Source of the DNA: Takakia lepidozioides
Lineage: Eukaryota > Plantae > Bryophyta
Direction: 5' to 3'
NCBI GenBank assembly: GCA_030704615.1
Contig: CM060734.1
Span: forward strand, 24,800,001-24,864,000
Length of the DNA stretch: 64,000 bases
Part shown: positions 37,204 to 49,275 of the stretch, piece after piece
Numbering within the stretch: position 1 is the stretch's first letter
How the letters are laid out: the number at the start of each line of letters is the position of its first letter
Notes under the pieces: model-generated
What the model was told of the DNA's origin: nothing
The model's input: only the letters and a program-made list of their open reading frames with translations
The model's database searches: none
Position numbers and translations under genes: made by a program

Positions 37204-40200
37204 CACTCGTTTCGTGGGACCTTGATGGGGAGGCTAGGCTCTAAAGAACAACGGTTTTGAGCTAGCTGATCCGGCAGAAAAGTCGGAATTGCCTCCCTGT
37301 TGCGTTTTAACAAAGGGGATTACTCCCCTGCAGATAATCTTTTCTGGTTTTCAGCCCAATTCTTAAACTATGGGGGAGACCAGCCTGCAGGTAATTCCTT
37401 TGGACAGAATGTTGTTGGGGCCTATATGTACCTCTATTTGCTCCATTTTTGAACCTTCAGCGAATGGTGTGGTTTCCTGAGGTGGTTCCATTCGGAGGAA
37501 TGGCTGGTGGACGTAAGGAGGCACTGGCGGACCCTGTGGAGGCTTGCATGGGGCCTTGGAGGCCAAGTTTCATGAGCTCGTGGAGGGCGGTTTGAGGAGT
37601 GTCTACAGGATGCTCTCATGGTCATGCAAGTGAGAGAAGAGAGGAAAAAAGAGGGTGTTGGGATGAGAGCATGCTGGGGATAGACATTGCTTTAGTTTAC
37701 CTTCCTCGTACCTTTCCACCTTCTCTGTAGGCCGAGACCTTTCCGTAGGTGGAGGCAAGAGTCAGTCCGGGTTTGGGCTGGGTTGCAGGAGCGACATTGT
37801 GGAGTTGTTTTGGTGTGGGGGAGTTGTTGTTTTCATTCTTGTGTTTGGATCCCCTCCACACCTGCATGCTTGATTGTGCGCCATGCTAGTTTTGTGTGGG
37901 CGCTTGATTTTATAGGTGGTTGACTCGGGCTTGATCGCCGATCCAACCCTAGAGCATGTTGTCGATGGTGAGGCTGGGTTGATGACCAGTCAGACCATCT
38001 TTGTTTCTCCTGTGGTGAGGTTAGAGGTGATGACCAACCAACCATAGGAGTGCCTGCGGTGGATGCAGGTGCAGGTGCAGGCTATGTTAAGAACCTAGTA
38101 TTCCAAACCATAAGCCGCATCAGGTTCTCTACCCGGATACCTTGTGGAGAGGGGGTTAGAGACATGTTCATGACCGTTTGAGTGTCAGTTTGTCAACACG
38201 GAGGTGCCACTAATTGCTGGGGAAAGTGCCGGTACGAGCACTAGTGATACTAGCGGGTATACAAGATGGGGTGTGCGATTTAGGCCACCTTCACCTCCTG
38301 TGTCTTCTACGGAAGGTTCTGATTCGGATTGTGAATCAGGAGGACTCACACCGGTGGTGCAAGTTGTTTCCTTGCAATTGTTGTGGGACACAATGGAGGA
38401 GATGTATGGAGCCACCAAGGGGCCACGTAGGTACTCTGGGGCGGTGGGCACCATTGAGTTGGATGATTTTATCCAAGAGTTTGATATTTGGTGTGACTTG
38501 CAGCAAATGCGCAATCCACAACTGTTTTCGTCTTTCATGGCATGGAAGGGGCTGTTTCAGCACCTTGAGGGGCCGCCCATAGATGATTACCATGAGTTTA
38601 GGCAGGGGCACGATGTTGAGATGGAGGAGTGGAGGATGTCCTGGTCAGCCGACTATGTCTCCATCACTAGAGGCACAAGGGCATCAGCCACACCGGCAGC
38701 TGCACCAGCAACAGCAGCTTCCACGAGTAGTAGTGGGACTAGTGGTATAGCAACTACGACATCCACCCAAGCTACTGCTGCACCAGTACCAGTGGCGGTG
38801 CTTGCTTTCAACCCTATTGTGGAGTTCTTCGAAGAGTTGAGTAGGAACTACCAAGGGGTGAGGACAGAGAAGTTGAGGAGCTTGCAAGAGTTCCAACGGA
38901 AGCCTATTGAGAGCTTGAGGGAGGCTTTCACTCGCATGAGGCGCTTGATTAATGTAACCCAAGGGGTTATGGAGGCTCAGACAGTCCAAGTATGGTATGG
39001 GATATTGGACAAGGAGCTAAGGAGAAGGATGCGGGATGCAACTCTCCTACAAGCGGCCCAACCCGCCTTAGCAAATGTGTTTTTTGCTGGCAGAGCGGAT
39101 AGAGCTCAACATGGTGGACGAACGAGTGGTTATGGTGGGATTTGCTAAGGAGGCACCACGGGGTAGTGGTGCTCTTAGCCAGCCATTACCTCAACGTGCT
39201 CAAAGCAACAAGGGGGCTCAGGTGAAGCCCAGGGAAGGACAGAGAGGACCTCAGATGCAGGGGTCTCTCCCTTCATTTGCTGGCCAACAACGGGCGGATG
39301 TGGTATGCTGGACATGTGGAGGACCCTATGTCAAGAAGGATTGCCCAGAGGGAGGCAATGGTTTGGCACCGGCACAGCCTGCACAGTTGTAGTGTGGGCA
39401 TTGTGGCAAGTATGAGCATGGAGAAGCCCAGTGCTATGGTTTGCATCCTGAGTTGCACCCAGGCCAGTTCCAAGAAAACAATGGTGGCCGGGGTGCGGAG
39501 GTGGAGTTGGATCCACAGCGTGGGGAGGCAAGCCGTCAGGCCAGGCTTCCTCAGTCATTCACATTGGCAGAGATAGTGTCGACTCCGTCCATGGCACCTA
39601 GTTCTCGCCCGACTGTTACCGAGGCGGAGGTTACTATGTCATTGGGGAGAGCTACATGGGCAGCACCACTACCTAGTGTTGCTTAGGCTACGGCAGCTAG
39701 TGTGCTGCAAGGGGCGGCCACAGCTGTGTGCCAGGCTCCATTGTTCTCGGCTACCATGATTGCGACGCCGGGGGTAAGACCAGTTGAGATGTTCAGCTGG
39801 CAGCTACACTCTGTGAGAGTGGGGAGGTTACTTCATCTTCTGCGGAGATAGTGTAGTGCCGGAGGGATCCTCGGATGTGAAGGTCAAGACTGCCACGGCG
39901 GTGCCATGGCAAGCTGCAGCTGCCAGGCTGATGGAGCTGCCAGCTAGGCCAGCCATTGAGCGCGCCATGGTGACACCTGGAGTTGTCATGTTTTTGTTTG
40001 AGTGGACCGGCAGGCAAGAGGTACCGGCCACTATGAGTCTAGTTGGACTCGGGAGCTCAACCATTGATGCTGGGCAGAGCTGCTATTGTAGGCTTGGGCC
40101 TCACGGAGGCGGATATGGAGCCATGCTCTTTCCAGATACAGACATCTCTAGGAGGATCAGAGCAGGCTTGAGGCATGACACGGCGTGAGTTGGCTATTAG

Positions 40201-40749
40201 ACTACAGCTGGATCATCCTACAGATGGCTCAGTGATGAGAGCCAAGGCCATTGTGACAGACGTGGTCTCGTACGATGTCCTTGTTGGTGAGGCAGTATTG
40301 TACCCCATGGGCTTCACCCTGCATTTTTGGGAGGAGTCAACTTCCTATAGGCCTGGATGGCAGTCAGGGGAGGGCCGGCAGGTGCAGCTCCCTGTGACGT
40401 TCATAGGAGGAGTTGCGGTTGCCCAGCGAGGCAAGATGTCAACACTGGCAGCATTCACAACTGCAGTGACTTGGCCTGGAGAGTAGATAGCAACACTCAT
40501 TCAGAGGATGTGTCACCTCCGGGAGAGCAAGATGACATGTATGGTATGGCGGAGTTGCCTGCCATGGTTGCTCACACTCCATTGTGGGGCTCGAGCAAGG
40601 ATTTGCAGCGGGTTACTGATCGACGGGTGCAACAAGCCTGGGTAGAGGCTTTTGTACCGTCAAGAGAGGAGGACGGTGCAGGGATTGCACCAGGACCACC
40701 TCAGTTGTCTCCATTGAACACCACACCGATCGTGTGGCAGTGTCCGGAT

Positions 40750-41700
40750 GAAGGCATTTGCCTTCTGGACTTGTTTAGCGGGATCAGCACCGGATTGGTT
40801 GTTGTTCTACGGGCAGGTGTACGAGTACAGCGGTACTTATATGTGGAGAGGGATGAGATTGCACGACGCGTCTCCCTACGCCATGTTCCTCAGTTGGTGC
40901 AGTAGTACCCTGAGTTATTGTCGGTGTCTGCAGTTCGTGGATATCAGCAGGCCTTACCAGCAGACATTTCGTTGCTGGGGGCGCAGGATTTAGAGCGGTT
41001 TGGCTCCATTGATCTAGTAGTGGCAGGTTGGCCCTGCCAAAGGCATTCATCAGCTGGACATGGCAATGGATTGCGAGACTCGAGGTCGGGTCTATTTTGG
41101 GAGATGGTGCGGGTTTTGCGCCACTTACAGCTGTATCTCCAGCATACATCTTGGAGAATGTGCCACTGATGGGCGATTCTCGGGCTAGGGTGATGGCCAG
41201 TGTGCATCAAGTCCGGTCGTGGCTTGGGTCAGCAGTGTTGCTGGTTGCAGCTGCAGTGGGGTCACGGGCTCATCGTCCACGGTTATGGTGGACTAACTTG
41301 ACGTCACCCGCACTGCTCAAGCGTGCATTTGATGGGGTGCAGCGGCCAGCACACCTCACAGTGGATAGCATTTTGGACACAGGGAGGCAGTCTCAGCGTG
41401 TGAGACACGATGACCGTTCGCCTTTGGCAGTGGTCAACAAGGTGGGTCAACCACGAGCAGCACTACCTACACTGCTCAGCTTTCCAGGATCGCATGCTTT
41501 CTGGGATGGTGGACCTGGCCTCCTGTGGGATGCTCAGCTGCAGCAGTTAGTGGAGCCTAATGCCGATGAGCGAGAGCGGGCTATGGGTTTTTCCACTAGG
41601 ACCACGGCGGTGCCTTCTCTTTCTGAGGCATCACGTCGTCAGGTGTTGGGGCAAGCGATGGATCTCAATTGCTTGACCTGGATTATCAGCTTGGCTATGG
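40750..41700 (+). pseudogene. C5-cytosine DNA methyltransferase domain (DNMT3-like, unpermuted) embedded in pol
   Basis: Motif I LLDLFSG (40762), II YVERD, IV AGWPCQ (41023-41040), V SGLFWEMVRVL, VI ILENV (41148), VIII AHRPRLWWTN, IX ERERAMGF, X RQVLGQAM; one stop (40903) and one frameshift (~41135). Confidence 0.92.
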
Positions 41701-44439
41701 CTGAACAATGTAGAGTGCAGAGTGCACTTCCCTTGACGGTCTCTCTGCCTACCGAGACAGTACAGGCAGTGAGTGGGGGCGAGCCGGTGAAGACCACGGG
41801 GTGTAGAATCCATGGCACACGTGGGAGATGCTCGAGGTTCAGAGGGAGTTGGCAGCCAAGGCGGCTGTGATGGATGAGGTTGGGGATTCTTCTCGGGTTG
41901 AGGAGGTCCTCAAGGATGAGATGATGGGGCAGGATGAGGCCTTGTCATTGACTGAGCAAGCAGGGAGTATTGCTCATGAGGTTGCGGCATAGCAACCACG
42001 GGACGCGTCTCCTACCTCTAAGTCTGCTGGACTTAAGGTTGCAGTTACGGAGGACAATTGCGAGCCTGCCATTGGACCCATTGTCACTGGAGGAGAGAGA
42101 CGACGTATATGACAGTTCCTGAGGGCTTACAGGAATTGCTTTGCCTTCAGTTTGAAGGATTTGGGAGCACTGAAGGGTCAAGAGATTCGTATTGAATTGG
42201 CCACGGACACGCCAATCTTTCGAAGACCCTATAGATACAGTGACATGGAGAGGTCTTTGATTCAGATGAGGACTCAAGATCTCTGGGAGGCTGGTTTGGT
42301 GGAGAGTATGCTTCAGCCACGGTGATGCCAGCCAAGAATGATGTCTATGGCAATTGGACGGAGAGGCGTATGTGCGGTGACTACCGGCCTGTAAATCGTT
42401 AGAGCAAGTCCGATAAGTATGCCATGCTCACACCGAAGGAGATCTTTGATGCCATTGGGCATGCCAAGGTCTTTAGCACTCTGGACTTGCGGTCTGGATA
42501 TCACCAGTTGCCGATCAAGGAGGCGGACAAGCAGAAGTCGACATTCTGGGGGATCAATGAGCACGGGAAGGATTGCCTATATCAGTGGCGATTTCTTACC
42601 ATTTGGGCTTAAGAACGCTCTTGTAGAATTCCAGAGAGTCATGGACAGGATTCTAGCAGGGGTGGACTTTGCTCAATGCTACATAGATGACATCATCATC
42701 TTTAGTGCTACGGTGGAGGAGCACGAGAGACACCTTCAAATGGTGTTTGAGCGCTTGAGAGGACACGGATTGAAATTACATCTGGGGAAGTGCAAGTTCT
42801 TCCACAACCAGATTGAGTATCTGGACCACATGATAAATCCTGGAGGATTGGGGGTGCAGCAGACTAAGGTAGAGGCCATCGCACAGATTCCACCCCCCAC
42901 GGATGTGAGCCGAGTTTGAGCTTTCATGGGGTTGGCAAACTACTATAGACGGTTTGTCAAGGGATTTAGTGCTATTGCAAAGGCTCTAACCAAGCTGACC
43001 AAGGTAGACCAGGAGTGGCAATGGGAAGATGAGCAAGAGCGAGCTTTTCAGGAGCTCAAGGCGAGGTTGACCTCGACGCCGATCTTGAGACGACTTATCA
43101 GGGGGCGTCCCTTTCAGCTGCATACAGATTGGAGCATGCGGGGGCTTGGAGCGGTTCTCACACAGGTGGATGATGAGGGAAGAGAGTTCGTAGTTGCTTA
43201 TGCTAGCCGCTCGAACAACGCTGCAGAGTCTCTAAGTATAGCTCATATGAGGGGGAGTGCTTAGCTGCAGTGTGGGCCATAACACACTTCAGGTGCTATC
43301 TATACGGCAATCTCTTCACCCTTGTCACTGATCACCAGCCACTCAAGTGGTTGATGGAGTCAGACAAGCTTACAGGGAAGTTTGCACGGTGGGCACTTAT
43401 ACTCCAAGAGTATGACTTTCAGGTTGTGCATCGACCGGGTTTGGTCAATAGGGATGCGGATGGATTGAGTCGCAATCCATGCACGAGCCAGCAGGATGAC
43501 ACTTGAGCTCGGTGGCATGGTGAGACGGACGAAGAGATGGTGCCGGGATGGCATGCATCTACCTTTTTGTGTATCTTGGCATCGGGAGGTCAGATTGGAC
43601 CTATAACAGGGATGACTGTAGACGGAGTGTCTGAGGACCCTGAGGCTAGTGATGAGCCAGGTGGTGCCAGAGATATACATGAGGATTCAGTTGTGTTGGA
43701 CTACCTCCGCACTGGAGACACGGCAACTAGTGTGACTGCCAAATAGAGGGATCGGATCCTGCAACGAGCCAAGAGGTTCAAGTGGGAGGGGATACACCTG
43801 CTTTGCGTGTGGGAGGATGGTCGGGTGAGGATCGTGCCTCATCCAACACAGCGTGCATGGTTAGTGCGGCATGCCCATGAGGAGTTGGGGCATTTTGGAG
43901 TGTGACGCACTCATAGTTTACTGCAGGGGCAGCATTTGTGGCGTGGTATGCACACAGAGGTGCAACAACTGGCTAGGTGCATGGTGTGTGACAGGGTGCG
44001 TGCTTCATTCAACGCCCCTACACCACAGTTGCATCCTTTACCCATCATGGGATTGGGCTACAGGTTGAGTCTTGACTTCGCAGGGCCGTTGCCATTAATG
44101 ATGCGCCACCACAGATATGTGTTGGTGATGGTGGAGCACTTCTCCAAGTGGATTGAGTTGGTTCCATTGCCTGACAAGGCTAGTGAGAGGCATTTTGGAG
44201 TGCGTTTCCACCCTGGGGACTATGTGTATCTGCAATAGACAGCGCCTACGACCTTGGATGTCACAACAGGACGTGTGATTCTAAGGGTCAGGGAGGTGTT
44301 GCCTTCAGGAGTGTTGATTCTGGAGGGTCGAGATGGCATGGTATGGAAGGACCATGTGCGTAATTGTGCGCCATGTCACCTTCCACATGTGGATGGGAGG
44401 ATAAATCCCACCCTTGTAGTGGTACCTGCAGGGTTGCGT

Positions 44440-44583
44440 TGCATGCTATGTGGGCATGCTCGTGGTGCCGCCACTATGTTGGTGTGTGATCGATGCTCAA
44501 GAGGTTGGCACATGAGATGCTTGACACCACCTCTTGAGAGGGTTCCTGATGGAGATTGGTTATGTCCACACTGCTTGGGATAG
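44440..44583 (+). other. PHD finger (C4HC3) at the integrase C-terminus
   Basis: CMLC...MLVCDRCSRGWHMRCLTPPLERVPDGDWLCPHC. Confidence 0.92.
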
Positions 44584-45409
44584 TGACAGTGGATATGACT
44601 AGTGGCAGCTAACAAGACATGGGAGGCCAAGCTCATAGGAGTCAATACTTGAGATCTCAAGTTCACAAGTTGCAAGACGGCGACTAACGATGGGGCAACT
44701 CTTGTACCCGGCCTCTTGATCTATCGAGTTTGAGTGTAGTAGGGACAGTGGTGGAGGATTTAGTGAGGCTATGGCCACTATCACATCTTGTGGCTACCTG
44801 GACTTAGAGGGACCTAAGCGCCAGCTAGGGGGGCGATTATGATGGACTAGTGGCTGCTCTAGTGGTGGCTAGTGGCAGCCTAGTGGTTGGACTAGTGGCT
44901 GCACTAGTGGTGGCTAGTGGCAGCCTAATGATGGACTAGTGGCTGCACTAGTGGTGACTAGTGGTTGTCTAGTGGCAGGCTAGTGGTGCACTAGTGGTGG
45001 ACTAGTGATAGACTAGTGTTTGGTGTGCACATGTGTTGTGTGATTTTGGACAGCGATGTAGTTGTGTAGCGATATGTATGCGCACGACAGCTGTCAAGTT
45101 ATTTTACCACTAGTGTGAAGTTAGCTAAGAAATAGCTAGCTTTTATATATTGACATTTGGGATTGACCCAAGTGTCAATCCAGGGGCTACTACATGTTTG
45201 GGCACCTGGCGTGGTTATCTTCACGACAGATCGCGGTGGGCTCATCTTTCTCGAGTTGAGCCTCACCGCGTCTAGCTATGGCGCCGTAGTGTGGATTCCC
45301 CATGGCGTGGGGTGCACTTGGCTCGACTTAATATATGAGTGATGTTTTCATGTGCAAGTGTGTGAGTTTGAGAGAGCTTGTGTGCTTGTATTATTCATTT
45401 CCTTATCAT

Positions 45410-45739
45410 TGTGATGGACTAGTGGCAGCCTAGTGATGGACTAGTGGCTGCACTAGTGGTGGCTAGTGGCAGCCTAGTGGTTGGACTAGTGGCTGCACTA
45501 CTGGTGGACTAGTGGCTGCACTACTGGTGGCTAGTGGCAGACTAGTGGTTGGACTAGTGGTGGCTAATGGCAGCCTAGTGATGGACTAGTGGCTGCACTA
45601 GTGGTGACTAGTGGTTGTCTAGTGGCAGCCTAGTGGTGCACTAGTGGTGGACTAGTGATAGACTAGTGTTTGGTGTGCACATGTGTTGTGTGATTTTGGA
45701 CAGCGATGTAGTTGTGTAGCGATATGTATGCGCACGACA
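45410..45739 (+). repeat. Further copy of the ACTAGT-repeat LTR, 320 bp downstream of the first
   Basis: TGTGATGGACTAGT...GCGCACGACA, matching 44838-45089 with a different repeat number. Confidence 0.9.
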
Positions 45740-46793
45740 CCCCAAATCCCTCCATCACAAGGAATCATCTCTGACCCTAATCCTTCATGTCCAACACGCC
45801 TCCCCCCCCCCCCCCCCCCGACATTCCAAAGCCCTTCCTGAATCAACTGGACCACATTCTAACTAGGACCTACAAAATGAAGGCGGTTATCCACCACCCT
45901 ATCTCCCACCACCCACCCACCCACCCTCCCCTGTACTGACCCAATGCTTGCAATTCCCACCCTCAAAATAAACAAGGATTGGGGAAGGGCGCAACCGCGC
46001 CCTCCCCAGACCACACCACCATCACCCACACCTCCTTTACCCTCAATATACAGAACTAAAATCCCTCTCAGATTCCCCTCATCTAACTCCCACTATACCA
46101 ATGGTTCCCTGACCAAGCCTAATGCTGGCTATGGAATATACCATGCCGCCACTAATACTGGCACTGCTTTGAGACTTCCTGGCCCTGCTAGTATATTACG
46201 AGCGGAACTCATGGCCATATTCGAAGCAATATCCCTCTTGGATGCCTTCCCCCCCCCGTACTATATATTTACAGATAGTCTCACCTCACTCTTTCTTATC
46301 CGGAACCACATTTCCCGCCCATCCTCCCATCATCACCACCCTGACCACAACCTCATCACAGCCATCGTCAGCCTCACTATATCCAAAAACCACCCCATCC
46401 ACTACCTTAAAGTCCATTCACACACTGGCATCCAATGGAACGAGGCAGCCAACCTGCTTGCCCAAGAAGGCGCCTCTAAACCTCCAGTGGCCCCCACGGA
46501 TGATCCTATACATATCGCCCACACCCACCCTTCTGGCTCATCCACCCAATCCCAGACCCCCCCACTCCCCGGCCTATTCGTAATCTCATGACCACTCTCA
46601 CCCGTGAAGCTAACAAACAAGTCGCAGCTTCTATCAGTCACACCAAAATCCACATCCAGAAATGGACCCAAATCTCGGTACTCCACCACAAACTGTCCAA
46701 TCACTTCTGGCACAGTACCAAAGCCACCACTGATGCACAAATCCGACAAACACTTAAATTTAGATACGCCCAGTACATGGGCCACCAGCGCAA

Positions 46794-47520
46794 AATGGTG
46801 GCCCCATGCCTTGAGGGCGGGGGGTCAGGACACAAGAGGGGCTGCCCCGTGGTGGGGGCAGTGGCAGCAAATAGGAAAGGGGGCTGAAGCACCCTTGAGT
46901 GCTGAAGGCACTCAAGGAGGCAGTGGCGCTCACTAGGTGGAGCCCTGCAAACCGGGTGGCGGTGGTGGGGGCTCCACGAGGGGTGGTGGTAGCGTAGGGA
47001 GTCGTAGTGGGGGTGGCATAGGACTCACCATGAGGCTGAGGCCTTGTTGTGGGAGTCGTGGGGAGTCTTGGGACGAGCACCACGGTCCATTGGGGCCGTG
47101 GTGGGTGGGCCAAGACTCACCGCGGCTCACCACTGGGACGATCGAGGGTCTGAGTGGTGGTGCACCAGATTTGGACTGTGCTACTTGTGGAACCCCCGCG
47201 GACACCTACAGAAGTATATATAGGGAGTAGTAACCCCGAGAACGGTGCAAGCCCGTTGGTGACCAAAAACTAGTGAGTAAGCGTGCGAGCCGGAAAGCGA
47301 CCAAGGTGTGGGGAGCTGTTCCGGACTGCCATCTACCAAAAGGAATTTCCACTGAGCCCGACAGGTCGAGGGTTGAGTGAGAGTGTGAGGGGGACCGTTA
47401 TGCCCCGGTGAGCAGCCGAAGCTCCGAGTTGGCCCGACGGCCGGTTTGGGAGTTAGGGGCGCGCATCAAAGCGAGTAACTATGACTTGAAGGGGAGTTTA
47501 CCAAAGTGAGGTGCACGATA
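46794..47520 (+). mobile_element. Solo-LTR-like insertion in the RLE element
   Basis: Splits MGHQR|KHIFWP; 47136-47520 matches 7736-8120; flanks CGCAA/TGTAA are a degenerate 5-bp TSD. Confidence 0.75.
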
Positions 47521-48320
47521 TGTAAACACATTTTCTGGCCACATCTATTCCCCTCCCCATATTGCCCATTATGCTCCAACACCCACCATGTACGTGACAC
47601 TTGGCCCCACCTCCTTATCCAATGCACCCACCCGATAATTCACGACCTTCATATCACCTGACACAATTATGCCATCTGGCACATCCATGAACTTCTCCTC
47701 AACCGTGCTGAAACCAGGTGGTACTCGCTCATCAATGCCGACACCTATCAAGGCCGCCCACCAGATCACACTGTACCACCATGGCTACTCCCCTCTGTAT
47801 ATACCCGTACACCATGCTCATGCCCCGCTAGGCTTTGTCCCGACATTCTACTCATCCTGGGTCTCCCCACTAATAGTCTGCCACCCACTGCCCCCTCCTC
47901 GCAACTTACCATATACTTCATTGAATTCACATATTGTCATGATCGCTACCCCTATGACTCGATCCTAGAAAAGCGACAAAAATACGCCCCGCTCATCTTT
48001 CCAATTCGCCGGCGAGGATGGAATACCGGCCCACTCACGGTCATCACTGCAGGTACTAGAGGAGGCATCTACAATGCTAGTATCGATGCTATACCCAACC
48101 ACTTCAAAATCCCCATCCTCCCTATCCACAAGTGCTTCAAAAGTATTCACCTCACGGCCCTCCGATCCCTCACAACCATCATCACTAACAAACGACAACT
48201 AGAAGCCAGCCCCTCAACAGTACCCTAAGTACCTCAGGGCTCCCCTGGGTACCCAAGGGTACCTATCGCCCGTACATACCTCTGATCACCTGGTGCCCCC
48301 GTGGCACCCATCTTTACTAT

Positions 48321-48406
48321 AGGGCCCACCCCCGAAAGGGGGCAGTAGCCGCAAGGCGAAGTGGCTCTTAGTTACGCCGGCCTCGGCCGGAGTCTTGTCT
48401 CTCTCT
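48321..48406 (+). other. Structured 3'-terminal RNA element of the RLE LINE (second copy 52733-52818)
   Basis: CCCCC-GNRA-GGGGG, C-AGUA-GCC-GNRA-GGC-GAA-G, CCGGC-yUyG-GCCGG, then (CT)n. Confidence 0.65.
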
Positions 48407-49079
48407 GTGGAGGGCTTTAGAGAGGGCTGGGTAGCAGCTGGAGGGCAGTCCAAATGTTGCGACGTGATGCGTGGGTGTGAGGTCAGTGCGTTGGCACGTT
48501 GGGAAGAAGGGTGCGAGATGGTATGTGATATGGCGGTAGCTGTGTATGAGTGATATGGTGTCTGGTTGAAAGTATAAGGTATATCTATCTTGTGCATCCG
48601 TGGGGTTTACTAATAATTGCAGTAATAGTGTTAGGCCCTAGGTTAGGATGTATATCGTCACATTGTAATAATATTAGGTCTAGCAAGCGTTTATATATAA
48701 ATTATTTGGTGTGGGAGGGTTGTAGTAGTAGTGTTTAGATTTACTTGGGTGTAAATGGTAGCATCCATGCGGACCATGAGTAATGCATTGGGGTTGGTGA
48801 TAAATATGGTGAAGCATTTTGAGGGTTTGCGAATTAGTGGGGTGTGGTGGGATTATATGACGCGGGAGATAATGGTCAAGAGCTGAGATGGTGTAGCTTG
48901 CAGCTATTGAATATATGGGGGGGGGTGTATATTGAAGATGTGGTAGTAGGGTAGTTTTATTGGTGTACCATGATTTGGGCAAAGGTTCTGTAATGGGAGG
49001 AATTTTCAAAAGGGGGGATGGATGTGTTAGTGGTTTTGGATGGGATGGATGAAGATCATCCGTCTGTTCGTGCATATGT

Positions 49080-49275
49080 GGAGAGAACCCTGAGTGTGAA
49101 ATTGTGTGTAGTTTGCTGTGTAAAAAAGTCTGGGGAGAGAGCCATGGGCGTGAAATTGTGTGTAGTCCGTTGTGTAAAAAAGTCTGGGGAGAGAACCATG
49201 AGTGTGAAATTATGTGTAGTTCGCTGTGTAAGAAAATCTGGGGAGAGAACCATGAGTGTGAAATTGTGTGTAACT
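49080..49275. repeat. ~54-bp tandem repeat, ~3.5 copies, in a C/A-skewed probable retroelement remnant (48410-51230, minus)
   Basis: GAGAGAACCATGAGTGTGAAATTGTGTGTAGTTCGCTGTGTAAAAAAGTCTGGG units. Confidence 0.85.

Larger units (their letters stand above)
38204..45089 (+). mobile_element. Ty3/gypsy retrotransposon, gag-PR-DNMT-RT-RH-IN-PHD, degenerate; 5' LTR not found
   Basis: gag with two knuckle-like motifs (CWTCGGPYVKKDC, CGHCGKYEHGEAQC); PR LDSGAQP ~40043; RT LDLRSGYHQ, PFGLKNA, YIDD 42680; RH LHTDWS, TDHQPL; IN HHCC, LDFAGP (core partly deleted); PPT ~44826; LTR 44838-45089. Confidence 0.95.
45740..48406 (+). mobile_element. 3' part of a non-LTR retrotransposon with RNase H, CCHC and restriction-like endonuclease (Dualen/RandI-like), (CT)n tail
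   Basis: RNase H YTNGS, RAELMAI, FTDSL, KVHSHTG..NEAA; CPLC...DTWPHLL..C; RLCPDILL, IEFTYCHDRY; interrupted at 46794-47520. Confidence 0.8.

Noticed and set aside
36570-38200. 5' LTR of the DNMT gypsy, or a LINE ORF1 start on the minus strand (37205-37566)
   Set aside because: No similarity to the ACTAGT LTR; LTR-like or ORF1-like only by composition, with no diagnostic motif
40750-41700. Host DRM/CMT gene or bacterial restriction-modification contaminant
   Set aside because: Motifs are unpermuted, there are no UBA/BAH/chromo domains or introns and no partner nuclease, and the domain is collinear with gypsy PR and RT
48321-48406. HDV-like or hammerhead ribozyme
   Set aside because: GGCGAA recalls the HDV J4/2 strand, but no P1/P3 nested pseudoknot can be built; no CUGANGA core
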